Origin: a virus
Strand: one strand, 5' to 3'
Virus record (IMG/VR): IMGVR_UViG_3300009068_000028
Location: 1-64,000 of that record
Length of the DNA: 64,000 nt
Numbering within the stretch: the first letter of the stretch is position 1; every line of letters begins with the position of its first letter. Shown in pieces: positions 43,064 to 54,051 of the stretch. The notes under the pieces are model-generated. The model ran no database searches and was not told the origin of the DNA. It saw nothing but the letters and a program-made list of their open reading frames with translations. The translations under genes were made by a program, and so were the position numbers.

Positions 43064-44831
43064 CGATTTCTTTGAGGTTCTAAAAGATAGCAACTTTGAT
43101 GAAACTCCTGTCAATGCTAGGACGTTTGTTGAGGGTGAGGCATATCTTGGACAACCACCGCTATCTCAAATTCAGTATGACATTGTAGAAGCTATGAGCC
43201 AGGTCTACAAGCTTGAAGACTTAATTGATATTATGGGTACAGAAGAGGGTACACGTTATTACAAGAAGTATACTAAAAATGAAATTATTCTTCAGCTTGG
43301 CAAGGGTAGCGGTAAAGATTTTGTATCTACCGTAGCCTGTGCCTATATTGTATATAAACTATTATGCCTTAAAGATCCAGCTCGTTATTTTGGGAAGCCA
43401 TCTGGCGATGCTATTGATATTATTAACGTAGCTATTAACGCACAACAAGCTAAGAACGTTTTCTTCAAAGGATTTAAGACCAAGATTGAACGCTCCCCTT
43501 GGTTTGCTGGTAAGTTCTACGCAAAAGTAGACAGCATTGAGTTTGATAGTGCTATCACTGTTTACTCTGGTCACTCAGAACGAGAGTCCCACGAAGGTCT
43601 TAACCTTATCTTAGCCGTACTCGACGAGATCTCTGGGTTTGCACAAGAAACAAATACTGGCAATGACCAGGGAAAGACCGCAGACAACATTTATAAGGCG
43701 TTCCGTGCCTCTGTGGACTCTCGATTCCCAGACTTAGGCAAGGTTGCACTGCTTTCGTTCCCTCGTTATCCTGGAGACTTTATCTCACAACGATATGACG
43801 ATGTAATTATGGATAAAGAAATTATTACAAAGACTCACAAGTTTATTATGAATCCAGATCTTCCAGAAGATGCAGATGGAAATACCCTAGAAATTTCGTG
43901 GGACGAAGATGTAATTATTAATTATAAGTATCCTGGTATGTTTGCAATCAAGAGACCTACGTGGGTAGTAAACCCAACTCGCAAGGTTGACGATTTTAAG
44001 TTAGCATTCTATACAGACCTTGGAGACGCTATGATGCGATTCGCCTGTGTACCTACCTATAGCTCAGATGCGTTTTTTAAGCAGATTGAGAAAGTTCAAG
44101 GTGCAATGACACTTCGTAACCCATTAGATGCCAACCGACGCTTTGACGAGACATTTGTTCCAGACCCAGATAAGATTTATTACGTTCACGCTGACCTTGC
44201 ACAACGCCATGACAAATGTGCTGTTGCAATTGCTCACGTAGACAAATGGGTAAATATTCAAGTAATTAAAGACTACCAGCAGGTTGCACCAGTAGTTGTG
44301 GTAGATGCTATAGCATGGTGGGAACCAAAGGTAGAGGGTCCTATAAACCTGTCAGAAGTAAAGCAGTGGATTCAGAACCTTCGTCGTCTAGGATTTAATT
44401 TAGGTATGGTAAGTTTTGACCGCTGGCAATCTTTTGATATTCAGAATGAACTTAAACAAGTTGGTATTAGAACAGAGACTGTTTCTGTTGCCAAGAAACA
44501 CTATGAAGATATGGCAATGCTTATTTATGAAGAGCGTCTTGCTATGCCATCAATTGACCTTTTGTTTGAGGAATTAACAGAGCTTAAGATTATGAGAAAC
44601 AACAGAGTTGACCACCCTCGTAAAAAATCTAAAGACCTTGCAGATGCTGTGTGTGGTGCAGTCTTTGGAGCAATTTCTCACACACCAAAAGACCTTAACC
44701 TTCAGGTAGAGATTCATACGTTTAAGCAAAAACCCAAAAATCAACTTGCGGAAAGTGCTAAAGGCGTGATAGAATATAACTCTATACCAAATGATGTACG
44801 TGACTATCTTGATCAATTTAAAACAATTTAA
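43056..44831 (+). CDS. Terminase large subunit
   Basis: LGKGSGKD Walker A, AVLDE Walker B, HADLA and KDLADA nuclease motifs. Confidence 0.88.
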   Translation: MFDDFFEVLKDSNFDETPVNARTFVEGEAYLGQPPLSQIQYDIVEAMSQVYKLEDLIDIMGTEEGTRYYKKYTKNEIILQLGKGSGKDFVSTVACAYIVYKLLCLKDPARYFGKPSGDAIDIINVAINAQQAKNVFFKGFKTKIERSPWFAGKFYAKVDSIEFDSAITVYSGHSERESHEGLNLILAVLDEISGFAQETNTGNDQGKTADNIYKAFRASVDSRFPDLGKVALLSFPRYPGDFISQRYDDVIMDKEIITKTHKFIMNPDLPEDADGNTLEISWDEDVIINYKYPGMFAIKRPTWVVNPTRKVDDFKLAFYTDLGDAMMRFACVPTYSSDAFFKQIEKVQGAMTLRNPLDANRRFDETFVPDPDKIYYVHADLAQRHDKCAVAIAHVDKWVNIQVIKDYQQVAPVVVVDAIAWWEPKVEGPINLSEVKQWIQNLRRLGFNLGMVSFDRWQSFDIQNELKQVGIRTETVSVAKKHYEDMAMLIYEERLAMPSIDLLFEELTELKIMRNNRVDHPRKKSKDLADAVCGAVFGAISHTPKDLNLQVEIHTFKQKPKNQLAESAKGVIEYNSIPNDVRDYLDQFKTI

Positions 44832-44840
44832 GGGCATAGG

Positions 44841-45236
44841 GTGAGTTTAGGCATTGTTTATTTTTCTAACTATTCTGGAAACACTAAAAGATTTGTAGAA
44901 AAGTTAGGGCTAGAATCAATTAGAATTCCAATTAAGGATTCTGATAATCCAATTATAGTACCAGATAGATACGTACTATTTGTTCCTACATATGGTGGTG
45001 GGAGCGAGAATCACGCTATTCCAAAACAGGTTCGCTCATTCCTAAACGTAGAGTCGAACAGGCAGAAGATGATTGCTGTCGTAGGTCTAGGAAACACAAA
45101 CTTTGGGGAAGACTACTGCAAGGCTGCAGACATGATTGCAGCTAAAACAGGTGTCCCCATATTAGGCAGGGTAGAGATATTCGGCACAGAAGAAGACACA
45201 ATAACAATTAAGGAAAGGTTGGCGATGTTAGTATGA
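44841..45236 (+). CDS. nrdI: NrdI flavodoxin
   Basis: [22 protein letters not shown] and GNTNFG motifs. Confidence 0.92.
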   Translation: MSLGIVYFSNYSGNTKRFVEKLGLESIRIPIKDSDNPIIVPDRYVLFVPTYGGGSENHAIPKQVRSFLNVESNRQKMIAVVGLGNTNFGEDYCKAADMIAAKTGVPILGRVEIFGTEEDTITIKERLAMLV

Positions 45237-47350
45237 CAAACGCATACAGTTACCACGAGCTAAACGCAATGCTGAATCTTTATGACGAGAACGGTCAAAT
45301 TCAGTTTAACAAGGACAAGGAGGCTGCAAAGGCATACTTTCTTGACCACGTAAACCAAAATACTGTTTTCTTTCACAGCCTTGAAGAAAAGCTAGACTAT
45401 CTAGTTGAACACGAATACTACGACAAAGATGTTTTAGACCTGTATGACTTTCCATTTATTAAGTCAGCATTTCAACACGCATACGCCAAGCGTTTCCGCT
45501 TCCCAACATTCCTTGGAGCATACAAGTTCTATACTTCATATGCCCTCAAGACGTTCGATGGCTCACGCTACCTAGAACGATTTGAAGATCGTGTAGTTGT
45601 TACAGCTCTTATGCTTGCCAATGGAAACAAAAAACTTGCGATGGATATAGTCGATGAACTAATTTCTGGTCGCTTCCAACCTGCTACACCAACATTTCTC
45701 AATGCTGCTAAGAAACAAAGGGGAGAGTTTGTTTCTTGCTTCCTACTCCGTATTGAGGATAACATGGAATCGATTGCTCGTGCAATTAATTCCTCACTCC
45801 AGCTTTCAAAACGTGGTGGTGGTGTAGCACTAAACCTTACAAACCTTCGTGAAGCAGGTGCTCCAATTAAAAAGATTGAAAACCAGTCTTCTGGGGTCAT
45901 TCCAGTAATGAAGCTTCTCGAAGACTCATTCTCTTATGCTAACCAGCTAGGTGCTCGTCAGGGGGCTGGGGCAGTGTATCTAAACGCACACCACCCAGAT
46001 ATCCTTAGCTTCCTAGACACTAAGCGTGAGAATGCAGACGAGAAGATACGTATCAAGACTCTTAGTATTGGTGTCGTTATTCCAAACATTACATTAGAAC
46101 TTGCTAAGACTAACGAAGATATGTATCTCTTCTCACCATATGACGTTGAACGTATCTACGGATTGCCTATGAGTGATATTTCTGTTACTGAAAAGTATCA
46201 AGAGATGGTTGACAATCCTGAAATTCGCAAGAGCAAGATCAAGGCTCGTGTCTTGTTTGAACGTATCGCAGAACTTCAGTTTGAGTCAGGGTATCCTTAC
46301 ATTGTCTACGAAGACACGGTAAACGATGCTAACCCAATTGATGGTCGTATCAATATGTCCAACCTTTGCTCTGAGATTCTTCAGGTAAACACACCAACAA
46401 CGTATAATGCAGACCTAAGCTACGATAGCATTGGTAAGGATATCTCTTGCAACCTTGGTTCACTAAACATTGCTGCAGTTATGGATGGTCAAAACTTTGA
46501 GAAGACTATCGAAACATCAATCCGTGCATTGACAGCAGTTGCAGATATGTCTTACATCGAATCTGTAATGTCAATTGCTGAAGGCAACAAGAAGTCTCGT
46601 GCTATTGGTCTAGGGCAGATGAACCTACACGGCTACCTTGGTCGTGAGCAGATCCACTACGGCTCTGAAGAGGGTATTGACTTCACCAATATCTATTTCT
46701 ACACTGTCCTGTACTACGCTCTAAAGGCATCTAACAAGCTTGCCAAAGAAACTGGTAGCCCATTCGACGGCTTTGAGCGTTCCAAGTATGCAACTGGTAA
46801 GTTCTTCACTAAGTACATTGAACAGGAGTGGAAGCCATCTACAAAGAAGGTTTCTAAGCTATTTACAGATTCAAAGATTGAGATTCCAACACAGCAGGAT
46901 TGGGAATCACTTGCTAAGTCTGTCAAGAAGCACGGTATCTATAACCAGAACCTTCAGGCAGTACCACCAACAGGATCAATCTCATATATCAATAACTCAA
47001 CATCATCGATTCACCCTATCGCTTCTCAGATTGAGATTCGTAAGGAAGGAAAGCTTGGTCGTGTCTACTACCCTGCACCATTCCTTACCAACGATAACCG
47101 TGAATACTTTGCGGATGCGTATGAGATCGGACCAGAGGCTATCATTGATACCTACGCTGCAGCAACACAGCACGTAGACCAGGGGTTGTCACTGACCCTA
47201 TTCTTCAAGGATACAGCTACAACACGTGACATTAACAAGGCACAGATTTATGCCTTCAGTAAGGGAATTAAAACAATTTATTACATCAGAATTCGACAGA
47301 TGGCTCTAGAAGGCACTGACGTATCAGAGTGTGTAAGTTGTATGCTTTAG
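45233..47350 (+). CDS. nrdE: Class Ib ribonucleotide reductase alpha subunit
   Basis: [31 protein letters not shown] and C-terminal ECVSC. Confidence 0.95.
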   Translation: MTNAYSYHELNAMLNLYDENGQIQFNKDKEAAKAYFLDHVNQNTVFFHSLEEKLDYLVEHEYYDKDVLDLYDFPFIKSAFQHAYAKRFRFPTFLGAYKFYTSYALKTFDGSRYLERFEDRVVVTALMLANGNKKLAMDIVDELISGRFQPATPTFLNAAKKQRGEFVSCFLLRIEDNMESIARAINSSLQLSKRGGGVALNLTNLREAGAPIKKIENQSSGVIPVMKLLEDSFSYANQLGARQGAGAVYLNAHHPDILSFLDTKRENADEKIRIKTLSIGVVIPNITLELAKTNEDMYLFSPYDVERIYGLPMSDISVTEKYQEMVDNPEIRKSKIKARVLFERIAELQFESGYPYIVYEDTVNDANPIDGRINMSNLCSEILQVNTPTTYNADLSYDSIGKDISCNLGSLNIAAVMDGQNFEKTIETSIRALTAVADMSYIESVMSIAEGNKKSRAIGLGQMNLHGYLGREQIHYGSEEGIDFTNIYFYTVLYYALKASNKLAKETGSPFDGFERSKYATGKFFTKYIEQEWKPSTKKVSKLFTDSKIEIPTQQDWESLAKSVKKHGIYNQNLQAVPPTGSISYINNSTSSIHPIASQIEIRKEGKLGRVYYPAPFLTNDNREYFADAYEIGPEAIIDTYAAATQHVDQGLSLTLFFKDTATTRDINKAQIYAFSKGIKTIYYIRIRQMALEGTDVSECVSCML

Positions 47351-48310
<960 letters not shown>

Positions 48311-48325
48311 TAAAAACAAAAGATT

Positions 48326-48352
48326 GGGCTACTTTGGTAGCCCTTTTCTTTT
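48326..48352 (+). terminator. Intrinsic terminator after nrdF
   Basis: GGGCTAC-TTTG-GTAGCCC followed by TTTTCTTT. Confidence 0.8.
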
Positions 48353-48414
48353 GCAATAAAATGGTATAATTAGATAGTTAAGCTTCCCCAGGTTTAACAA
48401 AGGAGTGAAGGGAA

Positions 48415-49707
48415 ATCAAAAAATTAGTCTCGTATTTGAGTCTTATATTTTTAATGGCAATCTACATTGTAGTTGCCTTTGCCGTACCTGCAAGAGCTGA
48501 AGGGTGCGTATACAATCACCAGATCTATACCCCTGCGTCTGGCGATGTAGCAATATTTAATACTTGTGGTGGAGATGATTCAGCCTACAGAATTCCACTA
48601 GCAACACCAATCGTATTTGATGGAGTAGAATACTCAACGATTTATGCAACCACAAATTCAACAATAACATTCGGAACCCCCGACGGTACTTATTCTGATT
48701 ACCCAATGACACCATCATTATCAATTATGTCAATGGACTGGGTTGTATACCCACAAACTAGAGCAGATGAACATTTAATTATTACAGTTAGCGACGCAGG
48801 ATTTCAAATAGCTATTTCAGCTAGACCAATTTGGAATCAGGGAACGCCAAATACAACAAATATTACAGTTACAGCAATTAAAAGAACAGATGGCTCATAT
48901 GAATTAACATACACAATGAACGGAACAGACTGGAGCCAACAAACTCAACTAAGAACTGGTGCTCGTCTACACAATAGAAGTATTGTGACCCTAGAAGAAG
49001 CAGGATTTACTCAGGTAACAGAGCCTCCAGTCGTTCCCCCAACACCAGAACCCACACCAGAACCTACTACGGAACCAACCCCTGAGCCAACTATAGAACC
49101 TACTCCAGAACCCACTGTAGAGCCCACACCAGAGCCTACGATAGATCCTACACCCGAACCAACCATAGAACCAACTCCAGAGCCTACACAGCCTACAGAG
49201 CCTCCCGTGGACCCTGAGCCACCAACAGATCCTTCAGTAAAACCAGAAGTTCCTGTTGAACCAGAAGTTCCTGTTGAGCCAGTAGACAAGGTAGACCCAC
49301 AAACTGAAGAGGTAATCGAACAGCCAACAACAGAAGAACTTTTAGCAGAGTCTCCACAAGATCTAACAGCACAAGAAATTGTACAAATTATGAGCGAAGC
49401 ATACGAAACTTTAAACACATCTGAGCAAGGCTCTCCAGAATATGAAGAAGCACTAGATGCAATATTCTTTGTTGCACAAGCAGACGATATTGTTCTTGAC
49501 GAAGAGTTGTTAGCAATTCCACTTGTTGGTAATATTGCTCAAGCATTAACAGATTTAATTAACTTTGCAGGAAACGTAGGATCAGACATAAGTCCAAAAG
49601 TACGTGAATCTGCAAAGAAAACAATTGTTGCGGCAGTAATTGTCGGGCAGATAGCACAAATTAGTACAATGTCAGCAATGACCTCAGCATCACTAAGGAG
49701 GATATAA
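48415..49707 (+). CDS. Secreted/membrane protein with a beta domain, a Pro-Thr-Glu stalk and a C-terminal hydrophobic helix; probable ATC start
   Basis: Signal peptide MKKLVSYLSLIFLMAIYIVVAFAVPARA if initiated at ATC 48415 (AAGGAG 9 nt upstream). An alternative TTG is at 48436. Confidence 0.65.
   Translation: MKKLVSYLSLIFLMAIYIVVAFAVPARAEGCVYNHQIYTPASGDVAIFNTCGGDDSAYRIPLATPIVFDGVEYSTIYATTNSTITFGTPDGTYSDYPMTPSLSIMSMDWVVYPQTRADEHLIITVSDAGFQIAISARPIWNQGTPNTTNITVTAIKRTDGSYELTYTMNGTDWSQQTQLRTGARLHNRSIVTLEEAGFTQVTEPPVVPPTPEPTPEPTTEPTPEPTIEPTPEPTVEPTPEPTIDPTPEPTIEPTPEPTQPTEPPVDPEPPTDPSVKPEVPVEPEVPVEPVDKVDPQTEEVIEQPTTEELLAESPQDLTAQEIVQIMSEAYETLNTSEQGSPEYEEALDAIFFVAQADDIVLDEELLAIPLVGNIAQALTDLINFAGNVGSDISPKVRESAKKTIVAAVIVGQIAQISTMSAMTSASLRRI
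49020..49285 (+). repeat. (PTPEPT[IVT][ED])n and PEVPVE coding repeats
   Basis: Visible in the translation; DNA period ~24 nt. Confidence 0.85.
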
Positions 49708-49899
49708 ATGAAGAAATTTTTTGCAGATTTACTCAAAGATATAATTGAGCAATCTTGGACACTTCTTGGTATGGCTATTGCTTGGCTAGTACTAGAAGGG
49801 TCTGCCAGAGAGTTAACAGGGTATCTAATCCTAATAACTATCTCAGTTTGGATAATAACATTCAGACTACGCAATCCAAAAGATAAAGGAAAGGAGTGA
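49708..49899 (+). CDS. Small two-TM membrane protein
   Basis: AAGGAGG RBS; hydrophobic segments. Confidence 0.6.
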   Translation: MKKFFADLLKDIIEQSWTLLGMAIAWLVLEGSARELTGYLILITISVWIITFRLRNPKDKGKE

Positions 49900-49904
49900 T
49901 ATAT

Positions 49905-50150
49905 ATGGATAAAGAAACAACAATGAGCATTATTGGAAGAATGGTTGCATTATTCTTAGTCTCAGCATTAACAACAGTTGGTGCTGGTGCAATCATCGGA
50001 ATTGACACATTACAGACTGCAATTCTTGCAGGTGTAATGGGAGTTGCAAATGTTGTTGAGGACCTTTCTCGTAGCTACCTAAATGATGGCAAGCTTTCAA
50101 AGAAAGAAATCAACGATGCATTTGCTGGAAACACACCAGACCCACGATAA
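49905..50150 (+). CDS. Small membrane protein (holin-like topology)
   Basis: AAGGAG RBS; two hydrophobic segments; DGKLSKKEI tail. Confidence 0.55.
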   Translation: MDKETTMSIIGRMVALFLVSALTTVGAGAIIGIDTLQTAILAGVMGVANVVEDLSRSYLNDGKLSKKEINDAFAGNTPDPR

Positions 50151-50155
50151 GGTAC

Positions 50156-50184
50156 TTGACAGCCCTCTTAGGTTCCTGTATAAT
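50156..50184 (+). promoter_or_regulatory. Consensus promoter for tRNA-Asn
   Basis: TTGACA-N17-TATAAT, inside a long inverted repeat. Confidence 0.8.
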
Positions 50185-50213
50185 AAATATACAACTTAAG
50201 AGGGTTTGTCTAT

Positions 50214-50285
50214 TCCTCCTTAGCTCAACGGCAGAGCGTTTCACTGTTAATGAATTGGTTCGTGGTTCGAATCCACGAGGGGGAG
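50214..50285 (+). tRNA. tRNA-Asn(GTT)
   Basis: Cloverleaf with TCCTCCT/AGGGGGA acceptor, CTGTTAA loop and GTTCGAATC; CCA not encoded. Confidence 0.92.
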
Positions 50286-50302
50286 CAATGCTATAATTAA
50301 TC

Positions 50303-51313
50303 ATGGGTAAAATTTTAATATTAACAGATGCATGGTCACCTCAAACAAATGGGGTAGTCACGACATTAAAAAATCTAGTAAAAGAGCTTGAAAAAAAGTA
50401 TGATGTACATGTAATACATCCAGGACTATTTAAAAGCGTTACTCTTTCTTTTTACAAAGATATATCATTGGCTATACCAATAAGTATATTTAAGATGATC
50501 GATGATTATGATCCTGATTATATTCACATTGTCACTGAAGGTCCAATCGGTCTGGCTGGCAAAAATTATTGTCAGATAAAAAATAAAAAATACAACACCA
50601 GCTTTCACACAAATTTCCCACACATGATGAAAGATATTTTTTATGTTCCAGAAGATATTACATGGGAAACAATGAGATGGTTCCATGAGTCAAGTGAAAA
50701 AATTTTAGTTACAAACAAAAATATGAAAGACATCCTGCAGCAAAAAGATTTTAAAAACAAGATTATTCTTTGGTCTAGAGGAATAGACACAAAGAAATTC
50801 TTTTTTACAGAAAAGAAAATTAAATCTGAAAAAACAATTGTTTTATGTGTAAGCAGAGTAAGCAAAGAAAAAAACTTAAAACAGTTTTGCAAACTTTCGC
50901 TAAATGAAAAATATGAATGTGTTTTAATTGGAGATGGTCCACATTTAGAAAAACTAAGATCTAAATATCCAAAGGTAAGGTTTGTTGGTAAGGTAGAAAA
51001 TAGTAAACTAAGATCTTGGTATGCTTCAGCAGACGTATTCTTTTTCCCAAGTCTATTTGATACGTTTGGAATTGTAATGATCGAAAGCATGGCTTGTGGA
51101 ACACCTGTTGTTGCTTATGATGTTACTGGTCCAAAGACAATTGTTGAAAATAGTGTTAATGGATATTTAATAAAATCTGAAGATGATATACACAAGGCAA
51201 TCGTAAAAGCTTCTAAACTAAATCGTGTAAAAGTGTCAAACTCTGTAAAAAAATACACTTGGGAAAACGTGGCAAAAATATTTATAGAAAACTTAACTAG
51301 GACAACAACCTGA
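50303..51313 (+). CDS. GT4 (GT-B) glycosyltransferase
   Basis: TDAWSPQTNGVV, TEGPIG, SRVSKEKN and DTFGIVMIESMACGTPV motifs. Confidence 0.9.
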   Translation: MGKILILTDAWSPQTNGVVTTLKNLVKELEKKYDVHVIHPGLFKSVTLSFYKDISLAIPISIFKMIDDYDPDYIHIVTEGPIGLAGKNYCQIKNKKYNTSFHTNFPHMMKDIFYVPEDITWETMRWFHESSEKILVTNKNMKDILQQKDFKNKIILWSRGIDTKKFFFTEKKIKSEKTIVLCVSRVSKEKNLKQFCKLSLNEKYECVLIGDGPHLEKLRSKYPKVRFVGKVENSKLRSWYASADVFFFPSLFDTFGIVMIESMACGTPVVAYDVTGPKTIVENSVNGYLIKSEDDIHKAIVKASKLNRVKVSNSVKKYTWENVAKIFIENLTRTTT

Positions 51314-51328
51314 TATAATTGTATTAAT

Positions 51329-52111
51329 ATGAAGATTGGTCTAGGGTCAAGTAGCGTTTATCCCTTAAGTTTAGAATCGGCTTTTAGGTTAAGTTCTGAG
51401 CTTGGGTTTGATGGAATTGAAATTATGGTGACAGAAGATAGGGATACTCAAGATGTTGAAACAATAAAAAGATTAATTAAAAAATACAATCATCCAGTTT
51501 TGTCTATACATGCTCCAGTCTTAATTATGACCTCAAATGTATTTGGACGAACCCCGAAAGAAAAATTAATAAGAACAGCAGAGCTTGCTAATGATCTTGG
51601 GGCAAAAACAATTGTGGTTCATCCTCCATACAAATGGCAAGTGGTTTATAAAAACACCTTTAAAAAGCTTATGGAGTCCGTAGAAGACACCTATGGCATA
51701 ACTGTTGCTGTTGAAAACATGTTTGGATGGAATCTTGGTGGCAAAGAGTTCGATGTCTTTTATCCATCTTGGGACCCAAATGCTGCAGGAATAAGATCAA
51801 TAACTTTAGACTTTTCACACTCAGCATCTCAAGGAGTTAATTCGTTAGATCTTGCAAGATCTTGGGGGAGCAAGATAAAGCATGTTCATCTTTGTGATGG
51901 TCATAGTCAAAAAGATAAGTTCCACATATTTGATGAACATTTAGCACCAGGAAAAGGAACACAGTTAGTAAAAGAAACTTTAGAATATCTTAGAGATATT
52001 GGGTTTGATGGATACATTGTTGCAGAAATTAATACAAGAACAAAAACAAAGAAAAAAAGAAATAAAATTCTAAAAAACACACTTGACTTTGCTAGAGATT
52101 ATACTCTATAG
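51329..52111 (+). CDS. Sugar-phosphate isomerase/epimerase (xylose isomerase-like TIM barrel)
   Basis: GFDGIEIM, SIHAP, VVHPP, AVENM, LDFSH, HVHLCD and DEHLAPG motifs; resembles the actinobacterial family. Confidence 0.8.
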   Translation: MKIGLGSSSVYPLSLESAFRLSSELGFDGIEIMVTEDRDTQDVETIKRLIKKYNHPVLSIHAPVLIMTSNVFGRTPKEKLIRTAELANDLGAKTIVVHPPYKWQVVYKNTFKKLMESVEDTYGITVAVENMFGWNLGGKEFDVFYPSWDPNAAGIRSITLDFSHSASQGVNSLDLARSWGSKIKHVHLCDGHSQKDKFHIFDEHLAPGKGTQLVKETLEYLRDIGFDGYIVAEINTRTKTKKKRNKILKNTLDFARDYTL

Positions 52112-52154
52112 TTGATTATAGCAAAACCGCTTTGTTTAAAAGTAAAAATTGTAT

Positions 52155-52227
52155 GCCGCCTTAGCTCATTTGGTAGAGCAGGTCCTTTGTAACGATCAGG
52201 TGCTCGGTTCGATTCCGAGAGGTGGCT
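52155..52227 (+). tRNA. tRNA-Thr(TGT)
   Basis: GCCGCCT/AGGTGGC acceptor, TTTGTAA loop, GTTCGATTC; C-C mismatch at the base of the anticodon stem. Confidence 0.88.
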
Positions 52228-52270
52228 CAAAGAATCCTGATATACTTGTATAGAAGGAGGTCATAAAACT

Positions 52271-52876
52271 ATGACTAAAGCACAATATGCAATTGATGGT
52301 CGTCCAGGAAATAAATGGAAGGTAACATCATACATGGGTTGGCGTATTCACCCAGTCCACAAGGACAAAAGACACCACAACGGTACAGATATCTGGGCTT
52401 CACAGGAGCCTTGTTGGATTGAAGCACCATACGCAGGTAAGGTAGTAGCAATTGGTAACAACCCAGCTGGATTTGGAAACTCTGTAACTCTTATGCACAA
52501 GATCAAGGGTGAATGGTACACAACACTCTACGCTCACATGGCTGATGGATCTATCAAGGTTAAAAAGGGTCAGAAGGTTGAAGCAGGACACCCTCTTGGT
52601 AAAATGGGTTCAACTGGTATGTCAACTGGTAAGCACCTTCACTGGGAGCTTCACAAAGGAAAGCAGCACATCTGGAGTGCTACTGGACAGGGATACATTG
52701 AGCCTGTCAAATTCTTTACACGTCTTATTGAGTGGGAAAAGTCTATTGCTACCGCTCCAGTAGAAGCAAAGCCAGAAGACCCAGTACTTCCTACACCAAC
52801 TCACGACGAAGCTGGAGCAACAACTGCAGAAGCAAGTTTAACTGCACCAGTTAAGCCAGTAGTTAAGAAACCATAA
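52271..52876 (+). CDS. M23 family peptidase, probable endolysin
   Basis: HNGTD, YAH and STGKHLHWE LytM motifs; AAGGAGG RBS. Confidence 0.85.
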   Translation: MTKAQYAIDGRPGNKWKVTSYMGWRIHPVHKDKRHHNGTDIWASQEPCWIEAPYAGKVVAIGNNPAGFGNSVTLMHKIKGEWYTTLYAHMADGSIKVKKGQKVEAGHPLGKMGSTGMSTGKHLHWELHKGKQHIWSATGQGYIEPVKFFTRLIEWEKSIATAPVEAKPEDPVLPTPTHDEAGATTAEASLTAPVKPVVKKP

Positions 52877-52897
52877 GCAAGCAAGTAAGTAAGTTAA

Positions 52898-53080
52898 ATG
52901 GCTTTATATGATTACACTTGTTCTAAGTGCGGTCTAGAAAAAGTTATCACGAGACCCATCAGTGAAAATGAACCCACTGGTGGGTATTCGTGTAGCACTT
53001 GCAATTCTGTACTAACTAGGGTATACTCTAATATAGGAGTTGCTTTTAAAGGTAGCGGATTTTATTCCACTGATAAATAG
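52898..53080 (+). CDS. FmdB-family Zn-ribbon protein
   Basis: YDYTCSKCG...CSTC...FKGSGFYSTD. Confidence 0.85.
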   Translation: MALYDYTCSKCGLEKVITRPISENEPTGGYSCSTCNSVLTRVYSNIGVAFKGSGFYSTDK

Positions 53081-53088
53081 GAGACACA

Positions 53089-53310
53089 TTGATAGAATTA
53101 GAAACCAAACAGTGGACACTCACTGCAAATGACCGATGCGATGCTTGCCTATCACAGGCGTATGTACACGTCAAGGGCGTTGCAGGAGAGTTGTTCTTAT
53201 GTGGACATCACTACAACAAAGCAGACAAAGTAAAGCTTGAAGACTTTGCCTTTGAAATTATTGACGAACGTGAACAACTTATTAAAAATCAATTGAAGGG
53301 CAATGGCTAA
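53089..53310 (+). CDS. Small actinobacterial-type Zn-binding protein
   Basis: LTANDRCDAC...LFLCGHH; TTG start after AGGAG. Confidence 0.6.
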   Translation: MIELETKQWTLTANDRCDACLSQAYVHVKGVAGELFLCGHHYNKADKVKLEDFAFEIIDEREQLIKNQLKGNG

Positions 53311-53639
53311 TGGAAGAAAATATAACTAGGCTTGACGAGTTAATTCTTGAAGGCGGAATAGAGGTTGCAAGTCTTTCTGAGTCTGGTGAATTTTTGTATA
53401 AGTTTACAGACAAGCTAAAGGATATCGATCCACAAATTTATAACAATGTTATTCAGATGATGTATAAAGAGATTATTTTTCTTTGGGAAAACGGATTTAT
53501 TTCTATGGATATTACTGCAGCTAATCCTCTGATAACCTTAACAGACAAGGCATCTGATTCCGAAGCAATTGATGGACTATCTGAATCTGCACGAATAAAT
53601 CTTTTTGCAGTAATTCGATCAATTGTAGAACAGTCGTAG
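53310..53639 (+). CDS. Hypothetical protein
   Basis: Coupled ORF. Confidence 0.55.
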   Translation: MEENITRLDELILEGGIEVASLSESGEFLYKFTDKLKDIDPQIYNNVIQMMYKEIIFLWENGFISMDITAANPLITLTDKASDSEAIDGLSESARINLFAVIRSIVEQS

Positions 53640-53657
53640 TATAATTAATTAGGTGCT

Positions 53658-54050
53658 ATGTTAGAATATTCTCTAGGTTCAATAATTACTGCAGCCACTA
53701 TGTTTTTTACATATAGATGGTTGCAAAAAAGCGGTATCTCAGTAAGGTCAGTAAAAATTATTAACACTCAAAGTCGTACTAACGAACTAATTAAACAAAC
53801 CTTTATGCCAAATCAATCATTTCCGCCAGCAAAAAGTCAATCAACAAAACACTTTGACAGCAGAAGTCTTCGCATACTTATAGTAGATAGCCAGGCTTAT
53901 TGGATTACTAACAATACTGTTTTTACAGCAGATGTTATAGACGGAGAAGTTGAAAAAGAAACAGCCAGACAGGTTGACACAATGACTATGGATAAGGTAC
54001 AATTAAAGAAGATGATATTTATTGTTGAAAAACTAAAAGAAGGATTGTAA
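53658..54050 (+). CDS. Hypothetical protein with N-terminal TM helix
   Basis: TATAAT upstream; hydrophobic N-terminus. Confidence 0.55.
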   Translation: MLEYSLGSIITAATMFFTYRWLQKSGISVRSVKIINTQSRTNELIKQTFMPNQSFPPAKSQSTKHFDSRSLRILIVDSQAYWITNNTVFTADVIDGEVEKETARQVDTMTMDKVQLKKMIFIVEKLKEGL

Positions 54051-54051
54051 A

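Noticed and set aside
52875-52896. AAGC/AAGT 4-nt repeat after the lysin gene
   Set aside because: Too short and degenerate to assign a function.
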